A program made the translations under genes and the position numbers. From an uncultured Candidatus Micrarchaeota archaeon (GTDB taxonomy: Archaea; Micrarchaeota; Micrarchaeia; Micrarchaeales; Micrarchaeaceae), in assembly GCA_963741095.1 (NCBI GenBank), contig CAVUGN010000005.1, forward strand, positions 96,001-160,000: 64,000 bases of DNA. Direction: 5' to 3'. The notes beneath the pieces were generated by a model. It was not told the DNA's origin. It did no database searches and was given only the letters and a program-made list of their open reading frames with translations. How positions within the stretch are numbered: position 1 is the stretch's first letter; every line of letters begins with the position of its first letter. Positions 1-7,958 of this stretch are shown here, piece by piece.

Positions 1-490
1 TCAGCGCCGTCAACCCCTGACCGTTCTGAATGTCCGGATTGGCGCCCATGTCCAACAGCGTCCAGACAACTGCCCTTTCGTCATTGCGCAAAGCCATCAT
101 CAGCGCGGTGTCGCCGTCAACGTCCTTCAGATCCACCCCTGCGCCGTTCTTTATCAATAGCCCTACAACTTCATCATTGCCAGTGACCGAAGCACGCATC
201 AGAGGAGTCAAGCAATCCTTGACGTGCGCATTGACGTCTGCGCCCTTGGCTATCAGCTCCTTGATCTTATTGGTCGAGGCTGATCCGCCCTTTTCTGTTT
301 CTTCGAGGATCTTCATCCCGAGCTCCCAGGCCTTCCTTTTACTCACAATGGCTTTGCCCGGATCGCCCAGTTCTGCGACCTGCTTGCGGATAGCACTGCC
401 CGTTGGTCCGTCGGCCTGCCTGACGAAATTGCTGAGCGCTGCCACTCTGTCGATTGTCATCTTCCCATTATTGTCTGCACTGTGCTCCAT
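1..490 (-). CDS. Ankyrin-repeat protein (runs off the window start)
   Basis: Manual translation from ATG at 490: ...IKELIAKGADVNAHVKDCLTPLMRASVTGNDEVVGLLIKNGAGVDLKDVDGDTALMMALRN...LLDMGANPDIQNGQGLTAL, which are canonical ankyrin repeats. Not in the ORF track. Confidence 0.9.
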   Translation of the reverse strand, partial: MEHSADNNGKMTIDRVAALSNFVRQADGPTGSAIRKQVAELGDPGKAIVSKRKAWELGMKILEETEKGGSASTNKIKELIAKGADVNAHVKDCLTPLMRASVTGNDEVVGLLIKNGAGVDLKDVDGDTALMMALRNDERAVVWTLLDMGANPDIQNGQGLTAL

Positions 491-622
491 TTTGTCGTCA
501 CTTTTCAGCGTCTTACGTAGACGATGCCGTACATAGGAATTGGGTCGCAGGAGATATTTATAGACGAAGTTAGCCTTCGTCTATTGACGATTCGAGTTCA
601 TTTCTAAGAAAGTGTTGGAGGA

Positions 623-1165
623 TTAATTTGTTTGCTGCTTTGGAAGAATCTGGCTTTTTGCCAGCTTCTCCATCGTGTCTTGTGTGGCCGTGGAATTGCG
701 CGCCACATGCATCTTAATCTTCTTTCCCTTGTCGTTTGCCAGCTTCTCCAATGTTGCTATTGACGTAGGCGTGCTCGGTATGGACCGCGGCATCGGTGGG
801 ATGGATAGGGATCTGAAAATGACGTCACTCTCGTACGCGAGGTCGTAGACATTGTACACCTGCGTGTTGCTGATGAAGTACTTCGTCGGGCCAAGCGGTT
901 CTGGCATATCGTAGAGCGCCTTATGGCCGTTTTCATAGCGGTTTATCTTGCTTATGCGATCCGCATCCGCTTCCGATATCTCATGGGCCGAATAGACGGT
1001 TCCTTCGTCCGAGAATCTGGATATTGCAGTAACGAGGTACACGGATCTCTCGTTCGTGCCGCGCTTCATGCCCATGACCTCCTTGTCTGCGGCCCCGCCG
1101 GACTGCTGGACGAACGCCTTTATCGCTTCGGCTCGCTCCGGAGTCATCCTTCCGTCCTTGAGCAT
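623..1165 (-). CDS. Hypothetical protein with a short C-terminal helical repeat (LRV-like)
   Basis: 180-aa ORF; C-terminal TLEKLAND...VARN...TMEKLAK resembles LRV repeats; N-terminus resembles that of the downstream ankyrin protein. Confidence 0.65.
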   Translation of the reverse strand: MLKDGRMTPERAEAIKAFVQQSGGAADKEVMGMKRGTNERSVYLVTAISRFSDEGTVYSAHEISEADADRISKINRYENGHKALYDMPEPLGPTKYFISNTQVYNVYDLAYESDVIFRSLSIPPMPRSIPSTPTSIATLEKLANDKGKKIKMHVARNSTATQDTMEKLAKSQILPKQQTN

Positions 1166-1176
1166 TGGCTTCCATT

Positions 1177-1449
1177 TTACCTTGCCTTCCTGTACTCGTA
1201 ATGGCTTACGACCCTGCCGTATTTGTTGCTTATGTTCCTTGAGATGTAATTTGTCACATTGACAGGCTCCTTCCCGTTCATGAACCTGGCCTTGACTATG
1301 AAGCCGCAGTCGCCCTCCGTCAGGTAAACGGATTCTACAGGCTCGAGCGCTATGAGCTTCTCCGCAAGCTCTCCAGCGTTGACACTGGGCCTTGGTTTTA
1401 TGAAGTAGAACTTGCTCATCAGGCCGCGCTTCGTGCTGCCGTTCCTCAT
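1177..1449 (-). CDS. Stand-alone Lrp/AsnC ligand-binding (RAM)-like domain protein
   Basis: KFYFIKPRP...ELAEKLIALEPVESVYLTEGDCGFIVKARF matches the RAM pattern (V-E-x-V-Y-x-x-x-G-D). Start placed at ATG 1449, which overlaps the upstream stop as ATGA. Confidence 0.7.
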   Translation of the reverse strand: MRNGSTKRGLMSKFYFIKPRPSVNAGELAEKLIALEPVESVYLTEGDCGFIVKARFMNGKEPVNVTNYISRNISNKYGRVVSHYEYRKAR

Positions 1450-1538
1450 ATCAGCACGTGGGCAGCGATTATAGCAACAGAGGCTATTATCCCAACAACA
1501 GACGCCACCAATCCAACAAAATACATTTCGGTTATCAT
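1446..1538 (-). CDS. Small single-TM membrane peptide (30 aa)
   Basis: MITEMYFVGLVASVVGIIASVAIIAAHVLI*; preceded by GGTGGA; stop overlaps the next ATG (translational coupling). Confidence 0.55.
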   Translation of the reverse strand: MITEMYFVGLVASVVGIIASVAIIAAHVLI

Positions 1539-1901
1539 TCATCCACCAATCAAGCATAAGTCGGGTAGAACGATGGAGTAAGGAAGAAGATGAAATAGGC
1601 TATCAACCTAGTCCCTATTCTGCTTTCCAGTGTGTGGTAGGAATGGTAGAGAACAGTCTTCCAAGAGGTAGTATTGCAACCCCTTACAATGGTCTTCCTT
1701 CGAAGATCAACGTTACCCATTTGGTTCCACCCATAGATATTATGAAGTTTGTTGTATTTAGGGGTGCCACACAATTTGTAGGCGAAAAGCGTACACAAAA
1801 ACAAATTTTACATTACTAAGGTCGTTTATTATCTAAATCTTGTAGTATTGCAATTCAAAAATGCCACAAGACTTAAATATTTATTGTAGTATCATATTAC
1901 T

Positions 1902-3290
1902 ATGAAAGACGTTCCAAAGGCGATTAGCGAGGAATTTGGAAGATTGAAGAGGAAATATCCCTTTTATATAGTCCTTACGAGCAAGAACGGTCACTATTAT
2001 GTTTACAGGCACCAAGGGCAGTATGTAAAAAGAACAGGAAAGATCAGATCGATAAGGACGTACTTAGGTAGGATAACTCCATCTGGAGAATTCCTGAAGC
2101 GGGCAGTATTGACGGACAATGACGTAGAAAAAGCAAAAGCTATTATTCTAGCCCATGGAGGCAAGGTGGTACTACCTGAGGAGAGTTTGGTAATCAAACC
2201 CGAAGGTGCAAATGAAGAACCATATGAAAGGCGGATATTGACTTTGTTGAGCACTGATGCGCGCATGGGTGTTTTAGAGATAAGCAAGCAGATTGGATTG
2301 TCTTACGCTGCAACGTTAAACAGGATAAAAAAGATAGAAGAGAAATATGGGATAAAATACACAATCGAATATGGATTTCTTGATAGATTTAATATTCATA
2401 GATTTCTTGCGATAGCAAAGTTTACGGACAAAATACCCGATACACTAGAAGTCAAAAAATTGATAGAGTCAGAGCCCAGAGTCCAACTTGCATTGTGGGC
2501 AGTAGGTGGGTATAATTTGATACTTTTTATGCTCGCATCCACTCCAGCAGAAGCCGAAGACTTAGTTTACAAACTGCGATCAGATCCAGTATTGAGTGAT
2601 TACTCGGCAGATTGGTATTCGAGCTATTTTACTCACGGGTATGGGTATGTTCCTTTGAGGGATAAATTTTTTGAGTTGATCAAAGAGAGAGTTTGGCGAA
2701 GGACGAAGGAATCGCCTAGAAAGTTACCGGGGCAGATTTTCTACAGAGAGTACGCTACAATGAGAGAGTTAAATGTAAATGGATTGGCGGACTTCTCTTT
2801 TATAGATAAAAAGTATAAGTTGAATAAGGGTTCCGCACAGTACACTTATCATGAATTGATAAAAAATGAGAATGTTTGGAGAGTAACCGTAACAATGGAA
2901 AACCCCCCGATAAAGGATGTTGTAATAATAAATTTAGAGCAGGAAGATATCGGAAAATTTAACCGGAATAGGAGAGAGTATTTGTTACATCAGTTAGATG
3001 AAAGTGATGCTCCGCTTAATAAGTATCTTTACACGGGTGATGTTGGTTCTCCTTACGGCATTATGCTTGTAGCTCCGTTGTATAAGGAGGGGGATTTGGA
3101 TGCATTATTATCTACCTTAAACAAAGTTGCAAAAGGTGTACGGATAAGAACTTCGATTGTAAGTAGCATATTGGTAGGCAATCTTGGATTCCGAAAGATA
3201 GATTCAACTAAAACGTTATGGTATAAACTTATGAAAAATCGGATTGAAGAACAGATAGTAAGTGCTAAAACTGATGATGAGAACGATTAG
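1902..3290 (+). CDS. Large Lrp/AsnC-family transcriptional regulator (extra N-terminal domain plus two HTH-RAM-like modules)
   Basis: AsnC HTH ERRILTLLSTDARMGVLEISKQIGLSYAATLNRIKKIEEK; RAM-like VQLALWAVGGYNLILF; second HTH-like FSFIDKKYKLNKGSAQYTYHEL; TATA-like TTAAATA upstream; AT-rich. Confidence 0.8.
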   Translation: MKDVPKAISEEFGRLKRKYPFYIVLTSKNGHYYVYRHQGQYVKRTGKIRSIRTYLGRITPSGEFLKRAVLTDNDVEKAKAIILAHGGKVVLPEESLVIKPEGANEEPYERRILTLLSTDARMGVLEISKQIGLSYAATLNRIKKIEEKYGIKYTIEYGFLDRFNIHRFLAIAKFTDKIPDTLEVKKLIESEPRVQLALWAVGGYNLILFMLASTPAEAEDLVYKLRSDPVLSDYSADWYSSYFTHGYGYVPLRDKFFELIKERVWRRTKESPRKLPGQIFYREYATMRELNVNGLADFSFIDKKYKLNKGSAQYTYHELIKNENVWRVTVTMENPPIKDVVIINLEQEDIGKFNRNRREYLLHQLDESDAPLNKYLYTGDVGSPYGIMLVAPLYKEGDLDALLSTLNKVAKGVRIRTSIVSSILVGNLGFRKIDSTKTLWYKLMKNRIEEQIVSAKTDDEND

Positions 3291-3299
3291 ATGATATGT

Positions 3300-3323
3300 T
3301 TATGCGCCGTTTCCTCCCAACAT
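3300..3323 (-). CDS. Micropeptide MLGGNGA (MxGG array copy 5)
   Basis: ATG TTG GGA GGA AAC GGC GCA TAA; AGGTGA immediately upstream; ATTTAAAG box 30 nt upstream. Confidence 0.6.
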   Translation of the reverse strand: MLGGNGA

Positions 3324-3370
3324 GATTTCACCTGTTATAGCATCTCGGATAAGCTTTAAATGGCTTGCGT
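3324..3370 (-). promoter_or_regulatory. Repeated promoter/leader unit C (TATA ATTTAAAG, GAGATGCT, AGGTGA)
   Basis: Minus strand CCATTTAAAGCTTATCCGAGATGCTATAACAGGTGAAATC-ATG; paralogous to units A and B. Confidence 0.6.
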
Positions 3371-3519
3371 TTTGCATGATTTAGCGCATTCTATGCGTTG
3401 CTCGAATTGCCTCTTTACGCTCTTTTAGATTACAATATAACGGGTATAAACCAGTAAAGAATCGGTTAAACGAGGATTAAATAGTACAGCTACTAGCTAA
3501 GAATAGTTTAATTACCTGT

Positions 3520-3546
3520 TTATGTTGCTCCGTCTCCGCCTGTCAT
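3520..3546 (-). CDS. Micropeptide MTGGDGAT (MxGG array copy 4)
   Basis: ATG ACA GGC GGA GAC GGA GCA ACA TAA; AGTGAG upstream; ATTTAAGG box 29 nt upstream. Confidence 0.6.
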   Translation of the reverse strand: MTGGDGAT

Positions 3547-3592
3547 AATCTCACTGTTTAAGCATCTCTGAGAAGCCTTAAATATTTTGCGC
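3547..3592 (-). promoter_or_regulatory. Repeated promoter/leader unit B (BRE-like CAAAAT, TATA ATTTAAGG)
   Basis: Minus strand GCAAAATATTTAAGGCTTCTCAGAGATGCTTAAACAGTGAGATT-ATG. Confidence 0.6.
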
Positions 3593-3619
3593 CAAGCAAA
3601 ATTTTCTTCTAAAAGGGCC

Positions 3620-3643
3620 TTATGGTCCATCGCCACCGTTCAT
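3620..3643 (-). CDS. Micropeptide MNGGDGP (MxGG array copy 3)
   Basis: ATG AAC GGT GGC GAT GGA CCA TAA; third ORF downstream of promoter A; weak SD. Confidence 0.5.
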   Translation of the reverse strand: MNGGDGP

Positions 3644-3662
3644 CTTTTAGTCATTTCCGATA

Positions 3663-3686
3663 TTACCCCGTTTCGCCTCCTTCCAT
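3663..3686 (-). CDS. Micropeptide MEGGETG (MxGG array copy 2)
   Basis: ATG GAA GGA GGC GAA ACG GGG TAA; AAGTGAAATC upstream. Confidence 0.55.
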   Translation of the reverse strand: MEGGETG

Positions 3687-3705
3687 GATTTCACTTATCT
3701 GGATA

Positions 3706-3732
3706 TTAACCTCCAGATCCGCCTCCTTCCAT
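3706..3732 (-). CDS. Micropeptide MEGGGSGG (MxGG array copy 1)
   Basis: ATG GAA GGA GGC GGA TCT GGA GGT TAA; AGTGAG upstream; ATTTAAGG box 28 nt upstream. Confidence 0.6.
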   Translation of the reverse strand: MEGGGSGG

Positions 3733-3778
3733 GATCTCACTGACAGCTATCTCTGGAAAGCCTTAAATGGTTTTTGTC
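3733..3778 (-). promoter_or_regulatory. Repeated promoter/leader unit A (BRE-like AAAAACC, TATA ATTTAAGG)
   Basis: Minus strand CAAAAACCATTTAAGGCTTTCCAGAGATAGCTGTCAGTGAGATC-ATG. Confidence 0.6.
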
Positions 3779-3857
3779 TTTTATGGCCAAGGGATATGAG
3801 CACACTTTCATGCGCTCCTTGAGTTGATAATATAAATCTTAAGGTAGAATCGTTACC

Positions 3858-4055
3858 ATGGGAATTTTGGACCATCTAAAGAAGTTCATCGACGACTGCA
3901 AGCACGTGCTGAGCGTAAGCTACAAGCCGAGCCCGGAGGAGTTCAGCAAGAGCGCGAAGCTGATAATAATAGGCATACTGCTCATGGGCCTCCTGGGCTT
4001 CCTGATAGCGGTCGTAATCTCTTACATCATAACGGGCTCGCTCACGCTCATATGA
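3858..4055 (+). CDS. secE: Protein translocase subunit SecE / Sec61-gamma
   Basis: FIDDCKHVLSVSYKPSPEEFSKSAK followed by one TM helix, matching the archaeal SecE KP-x-x-EEF motif. Confidence 0.92.
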   Translation: MGILDHLKKFIDDCKHVLSVSYKPSPEEFSKSAKLIIIGILLMGLLGFLIAVVISYIITGSLTLI

Positions 4056-4059
4056 TTGG

Positions 4060-4845
4060 ATGAAGGCAAAGATAGACTTCACGAGATCCGCGCAGCAGAA
4101 CGCCAACGAGTACTACAAGGCATCGAAGAAGCTCGCCTCGAAGAAGGAGGGCGCCGAGAGGACCGTGAAGGAACTGGAGAAGAAGCTCGCAGATGCGGAG
4201 AGGAGGCAGCAGAAGCGGGAGTTGAAGGAGAAGCAGAAGTTCATGATCAAGAAGGAGAAGCAGTGGTACGAGAAGTTCCACTGGTTCTTCACCAGCACAG
4301 GCATGCTCGCCGTGGGGGGCAGGGACGCACAGCAGAACGACATGATAAACTCGAGGTACTTCTCTGAAAATGACTTATTCTTCCATGCGGAGATATTCGG
4401 CGCTTCTGTTGTAGTGCTAAAGGATGGGCTGAACGCGAACAAGGAGACAAAGGAAGAGGTGGCCCAGTTCGCCGCGTGCTATTCCAGCGCCTGGGAGTCC
4501 GGGATGAAGGTCGTTGACGTCTACGCGATGAGGCGCGAGCAGATAAGCAAGCTTACCGGCAAGGCTGGCAGTTTTCTACTTAGTGGCGAGCGCGAATGGC
4601 ACAGGAACACGCAGCTGTCGCTCGTGATGTTCATGAAGGAGGGAAGGCTCAATGCAGTTCCTGCGGTTGCCTTCGAGAGGATGGACAAGACCCAGAAGCA
4701 CGTCTTCATCAACCAGGGCAACAGGAAGAAGTCCGACGCGGCGAAGAGGATATCGGAATTGTTGGAGTACAACGACCTCGACGAGATAATAAGGCAGTTG
4801 CCCACGGGCAGCTTCAGCGTCACCACAGGCACGCAGAAGCAGTGA
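4060..4845 (+). CDS. NFACT-R (DUF814) RNA-binding domain protein, Rqc2/NEMF-like but short
   Basis: NANEYYKASKK coiled coil, WYEKFHWF, GGRDAQQND, FFHAEIFGAS motifs. Confidence 0.88.
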   Translation: MKAKIDFTRSAQQNANEYYKASKKLASKKEGAERTVKELEKKLADAERRQQKRELKEKQKFMIKKEKQWYEKFHWFFTSTGMLAVGGRDAQQNDMINSRYFSENDLFFHAEIFGASVVVLKDGLNANKETKEEVAQFAACYSSAWESGMKVVDVYAMRREQISKLTGKAGSFLLSGEREWHRNTQLSLVMFMKEGRLNAVPAVAFERMDKTQKHVFINQGNRKKSDAAKRISELLEYNDLDEIIRQLPTGSFSVTTGTQKQ

Positions 4846-5610
4846 TCATTGCGGCAGGTGCCTGAGCAGACCGCTTATGTCCTTGTCCTCGATTATGAAG
4901 CTCGCCGCCGCTCTTACGTCAGCGCTCTTCGTGTTTATGACGACGGGCAATCCGACTCTCCCTAGTATGGGTATGTCGTTTCTTGCATCGCCGACGTAGG
5001 AGCACTGCTGCATGCCGATGTTCATCTCGCGGCATATGCTGCGCAGCGCCGTGACCTTGCCCTCGTCGTCCAGGCCGGTTATTATGCCGCCCTTCAGCCT
5101 GCCGCTCTTGCTGAAGATCAGCTCGTTCGCCAGGTAGAGATAATCGACCTTTATATCGTACTTCTTGGCGAAGAGGTCGTAGACGTTCCTTATGCCGCCG
5201 GATATGATGGCCGTCTTTATGCCCCGCTTTTCCAGCTCGCTGAACAGCTCCTTGGTTCCGGGCATGATCTCGGTCTGGTTCATTATTATGTCCTCGAGCA
5301 TCTGCCTCGTCAGTCCGTGCTTTTTGAAGTTGTCGATGGACTTCGACACCCAGGTCACGTAGTCGAACTCCCCGCGGTAATAGGCGTCGCGCATCTCCCT
5401 GCGCTCGGCTTCCGCGCCCAGCGCGTCGCCGATTAGCTCCCATGTTGATTTCTTGACGAACTCCCAGGTGCTCTTCGAACCGGGACTGTGGATCAGAGTG
5501 CCCTCGAAATCGAAGACCGCGAGTTTTATGCTGTGGACCCTGTGGCTGCTGCCGCTCGCTGAGGCATTTTGCACCGCTGCGGCGTTGGCATTCGCCTGTT
5601 TTTCAGCCAT
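4846..5610 (-). CDS. HAD-superfamily phosphatase (SerB-like, HAD-IB)
   Basis: AVFDFEGTL, ISGG, K and VGDARND motifs. Confidence 0.85.
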   Translation of the reverse strand: MAEKQANANAAAVQNASASGSSHRVHSIKLAVFDFEGTLIHSPGSKSTWEFVKKSTWELIGDALGAEAERREMRDAYYRGEFDYVTWVSKSIDNFKKHGLTRQMLEDIIMNQTEIMPGTKELFSELEKRGIKTAIISGGIRNVYDLFAKKYDIKVDYLYLANELIFSKSGRLKGGIITGLDDEGKVTALRSICREMNIGMQQCSYVGDARNDIPILGRVGLPVVINTKSADVRAAASFIIEDKDISGLLRHLPQ

Positions 5611-5778
5611 GGAATTCACGTTATGGCTGTTCTGTTCTGTCAGATATTTATGACTTTTTATTAAAAATGTGAAAATTTAGGAGCGATAGTTCGTAATTGG
5701 ACTACGCAGGATAAATTGCATATATAAGTTTAAAAGATACATTTATATATCTAATTGATATATAGATAATTGATAAAC

Positions 5779-6057
5779 ATGGCTTCGGAAAAACAGGTCC
5801 AGATGCAGATTCAGCATTCACCTACATTGAACACTGTGCTCATGGTTGAAAAAGTCCTTAGGGATAGTAAGGAAGTTATCAAGATATCGGAGCTGAAACG
5901 AAGATTGCCTAGAAAGGTGATGCATTCGACTCTTCTTGAGATTTTGGATTATCTTCAAGTTAGTGGCAAGATACTGATAACTACGAAGGGGGTGGTGTGG
6001 ACTTACACCCCCAAAGACGCGATGGATAAACTGATAAAAGGAGGGTTGGAACTGTGA
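5779..6057 (+). CDS. Small winged-helix protein, probable antitoxin
   Basis: HSPTLNTVLMVEKVL...ISELKRRLPRKVMHSTLLEILDYL; stop overlaps the downstream GTG (GTGA). Confidence 0.7.
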   Translation: MASEKQVQMQIQHSPTLNTVLMVEKVLRDSKEVIKISELKRRLPRKVMHSTLLEILDYLQVSGKILITTKGVVWTYTPKDAMDKLIKGGLEL

Positions 6058-6419
6058 AGACACCGAAAATCATAAGACTGATTCTCAAAAACCAGGCTAA
6101 AGAGGCATACGAAATGCTTTGTAAGGTTGTAGAAGAGTAGAGAGATAAGGGAAGGACGAACTCGGAGGAGATGCAATTGCTGAAATCGATAAACAATAAG
6201 ATAGAGATTCTCAAGTACAATCCGACGTACGGGCAGGGCATGGCAAAAGAGCAGATACCAAAGACCCTTGATGTCGATAATTTATTCAGAGTGGAACTTA
6301 CCCATTATTGGAGGATGCTGTACACAATCAGGACCAATGAGGTGGAGATAGTGAATTTTGTCTTGTACATAATAGATCACAAAGAGTACGACAGGATGTT
6401 GGGCTACAGAAAAAGATGA
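6054..6419 (+). pseudogene. RelE/ParE-like toxin gene interrupted by an in-frame TAG at 6138-6140
   Basis: GTG 6054 reads MKTPKIIRLILKNQAKEAYEMLCKVVEE*RDKGRTNSEEMQLLKSI... in one frame; C-terminal LKYNPTYG, LFRVELTHYWRMLYTI and IIDHKEYDRMLGY are RelE-like. Confidence 0.7.
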
Positions 6420-6478
6420 TTGTTGGAAGGTTCCCGGCAATCTGGATTTCGATGCCTGTTTTTATTTTAAAGATAAGA

Positions 6479-6564
6479 TGCAAGGAGAGAGATTTGAACT
6501 CTCGAACCCGCTAGGGGATCAGGCCCTGAACCTGACGCATTTGACCAAGCTTTGCTATCCTTGC
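6479..6564 (-). tRNA. tRNA-Leu(CAG)
   Basis: GCAAGGA/TCCTTGC-A acceptor stem, anticodon arm TCAGG-TTCAGGG-CCTGA, long variable arm, GTTCAAATC T-loop. Confidence 0.95.
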
Positions 6565-6631
6565 ATGATTCTGTTTGGCAACTTCAGGATTTATATCTTA
6601 TTATCTAAGTGATATTGCTTTATTGGTTTCT

Positions 6632-7954
6632 ATGGCGCAGAAGAATGAGATAAGCGTGTGGCTCGCGACGGCCGTGGGGCTCGGCGCGATAATCGGCGCG
6701 GGCATATTCGTGCTCAGCGGCACCGCCATAGCGCTGGCGGGCGCAGACGCGCTGATAGCCTTTCTGTTGGTCGGCATCGTCGCGCTCATAATCGCGCTGG
6801 AGCTGGGAGAGCTGGGGTCGCTGATGCCGCATGAGAAGGGCGCATCGTACTCGTACACGTACAAGGCCTTCGGCAGCGAGCTTGGATTCATAACCGGCAT
6901 ACTGCGGTACGTGGCGCTTGCCACTTCGATATCAGCCATAGCACTCGGGTTCGGCTCCTACCTGTCCAGCGTTTTGGGAATCTCGATCAGCGCCTACGCG
7001 ATACCGTTCGCGATAGCCCTGATAGCCGTGCTCGCCGTAGTGAACATGTTTGGAGTCAAGAAGGCTGCGCAGATGGACTTCGGTCTGGTCAGCCTTAAGC
7101 TGATAATACTCGTGGTGTTCGTGGCCTTTGCGATCTACGCCGCGTTCACCAACCCGCACCTGGGCCTGGCCAACGTCTCCTTCAACCTATCAGAGGGCGC
7201 GCTGGGCGGCATATTCGCAGCCAGCGTTGTCGTTTTCTTTGCGTACTCCGGCTTCCAGTCCATATCGTCCATCACCGACAGGATAGAAGGAGGCTCTTCC
7301 GGCTATGTCAAGTCGATACTCGGCGCAGTGACGATAAGCATGATCGCGTACGTGCTCGTAGTGTTCGCGCTGCTGCTTCTTCTCCCTCCTTCGGCGTACG
7401 TGGTCTCCGCCGACCCGCTCTCGTACGCGCTCAAGAGCGTCGGCGCGCCGTCGTGGCTGGTCGTCGTTGTGGACATCGGCGCGCTCTTGGCAACGGCCTC
7501 GGCCACTCTCGCGATGATACTCACCTCGTCAAGGTCACTCTATCAGATGAGCTCCGACAGACTGCTGCCCAAGTTCCTCAGGAGGTACAACAAGAGCAAC
7601 GACACGGCGGTGAACGGCATAATAGTCTCGGCTATGATAGGGGTGGCGATGCTGTTCGCGGGCAACATCTACATCATCGCCTCGATCGCGAACTTCGGCC
7701 TGATGTTCGATTACATTGTCGTAGGCTTTGACGTCATGCATTTCAGGAGGATCGGCAGCAAATCCAAGTTCAGGATGCCCCTGTATCCCTACCTTCCGAT
7801 CATAGGCATAGGGATGCTGCTGGTGTTCTTCACGGGCATGCCCACGGAGGTGCTGGCCGCCGGCGTGGTGCTGGTTCTGCTGCTGATAATCGTGTACTAC
7901 GCGCTCAGGGAGGTCAGGCATAAGAAGGTGATAAGGGTAAAGCTGTTTGATTAG
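6632..7954 (+). CDS. APC-family amino acid permease
   Basis: GAIIGAGIF TM1 motif, FFAYSGFQ, about 12 TM segments. Confidence 0.92.
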   Translation: MAQKNEISVWLATAVGLGAIIGAGIFVLSGTAIALAGADALIAFLLVGIVALIIALELGELGSLMPHEKGASYSYTYKAFGSELGFITGILRYVALATSISAIALGFGSYLSSVLGISISAYAIPFAIALIAVLAVVNMFGVKKAAQMDFGLVSLKLIILVVFVAFAIYAAFTNPHLGLANVSFNLSEGALGGIFAASVVVFFAYSGFQSISSITDRIEGGSSGYVKSILGAVTISMIAYVLVVFALLLLLPPSAYVVSADPLSYALKSVGAPSWLVVVVDIGALLATASATLAMILTSSRSLYQMSSDRLLPKFLRRYNKSNDTAVNGIIVSAMIGVAMLFAGNIYIIASIANFGLMFDYIVVGFDVMHFRRIGSKSKFRMPLYPYLPIIGIGMLLVFFTGMPTEVLAAGVVLVLLLIIVYYALREVRHKKVIRVKLFD

Positions 7955-7958
7955 TGGT

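Noticed and set aside
3300-3377. Longer 25-aa reading MQNASHLKLIRDAITGEIMLGGNGA as a leader-plus-core precursor
   Set aside because: The equivalent upstream frame is not preserved in the other two units (different spacing; in-frame TAA in unit A), so the shared upstream sequence is better read as promoter than as leader peptide.
3622-3822. Plus-strand 66-aa ORF from the track
   Set aside because: It has no recognisable features and is antisense to the repeated promoter and micropeptide units.
6138-6140. Amber recoding (pyrrolysine or alternative genetic code)
   Set aside because: TAG terminates ordinary genes here, such as argS and nnrD, and no pyl genes are visible; a point mutation is simpler.
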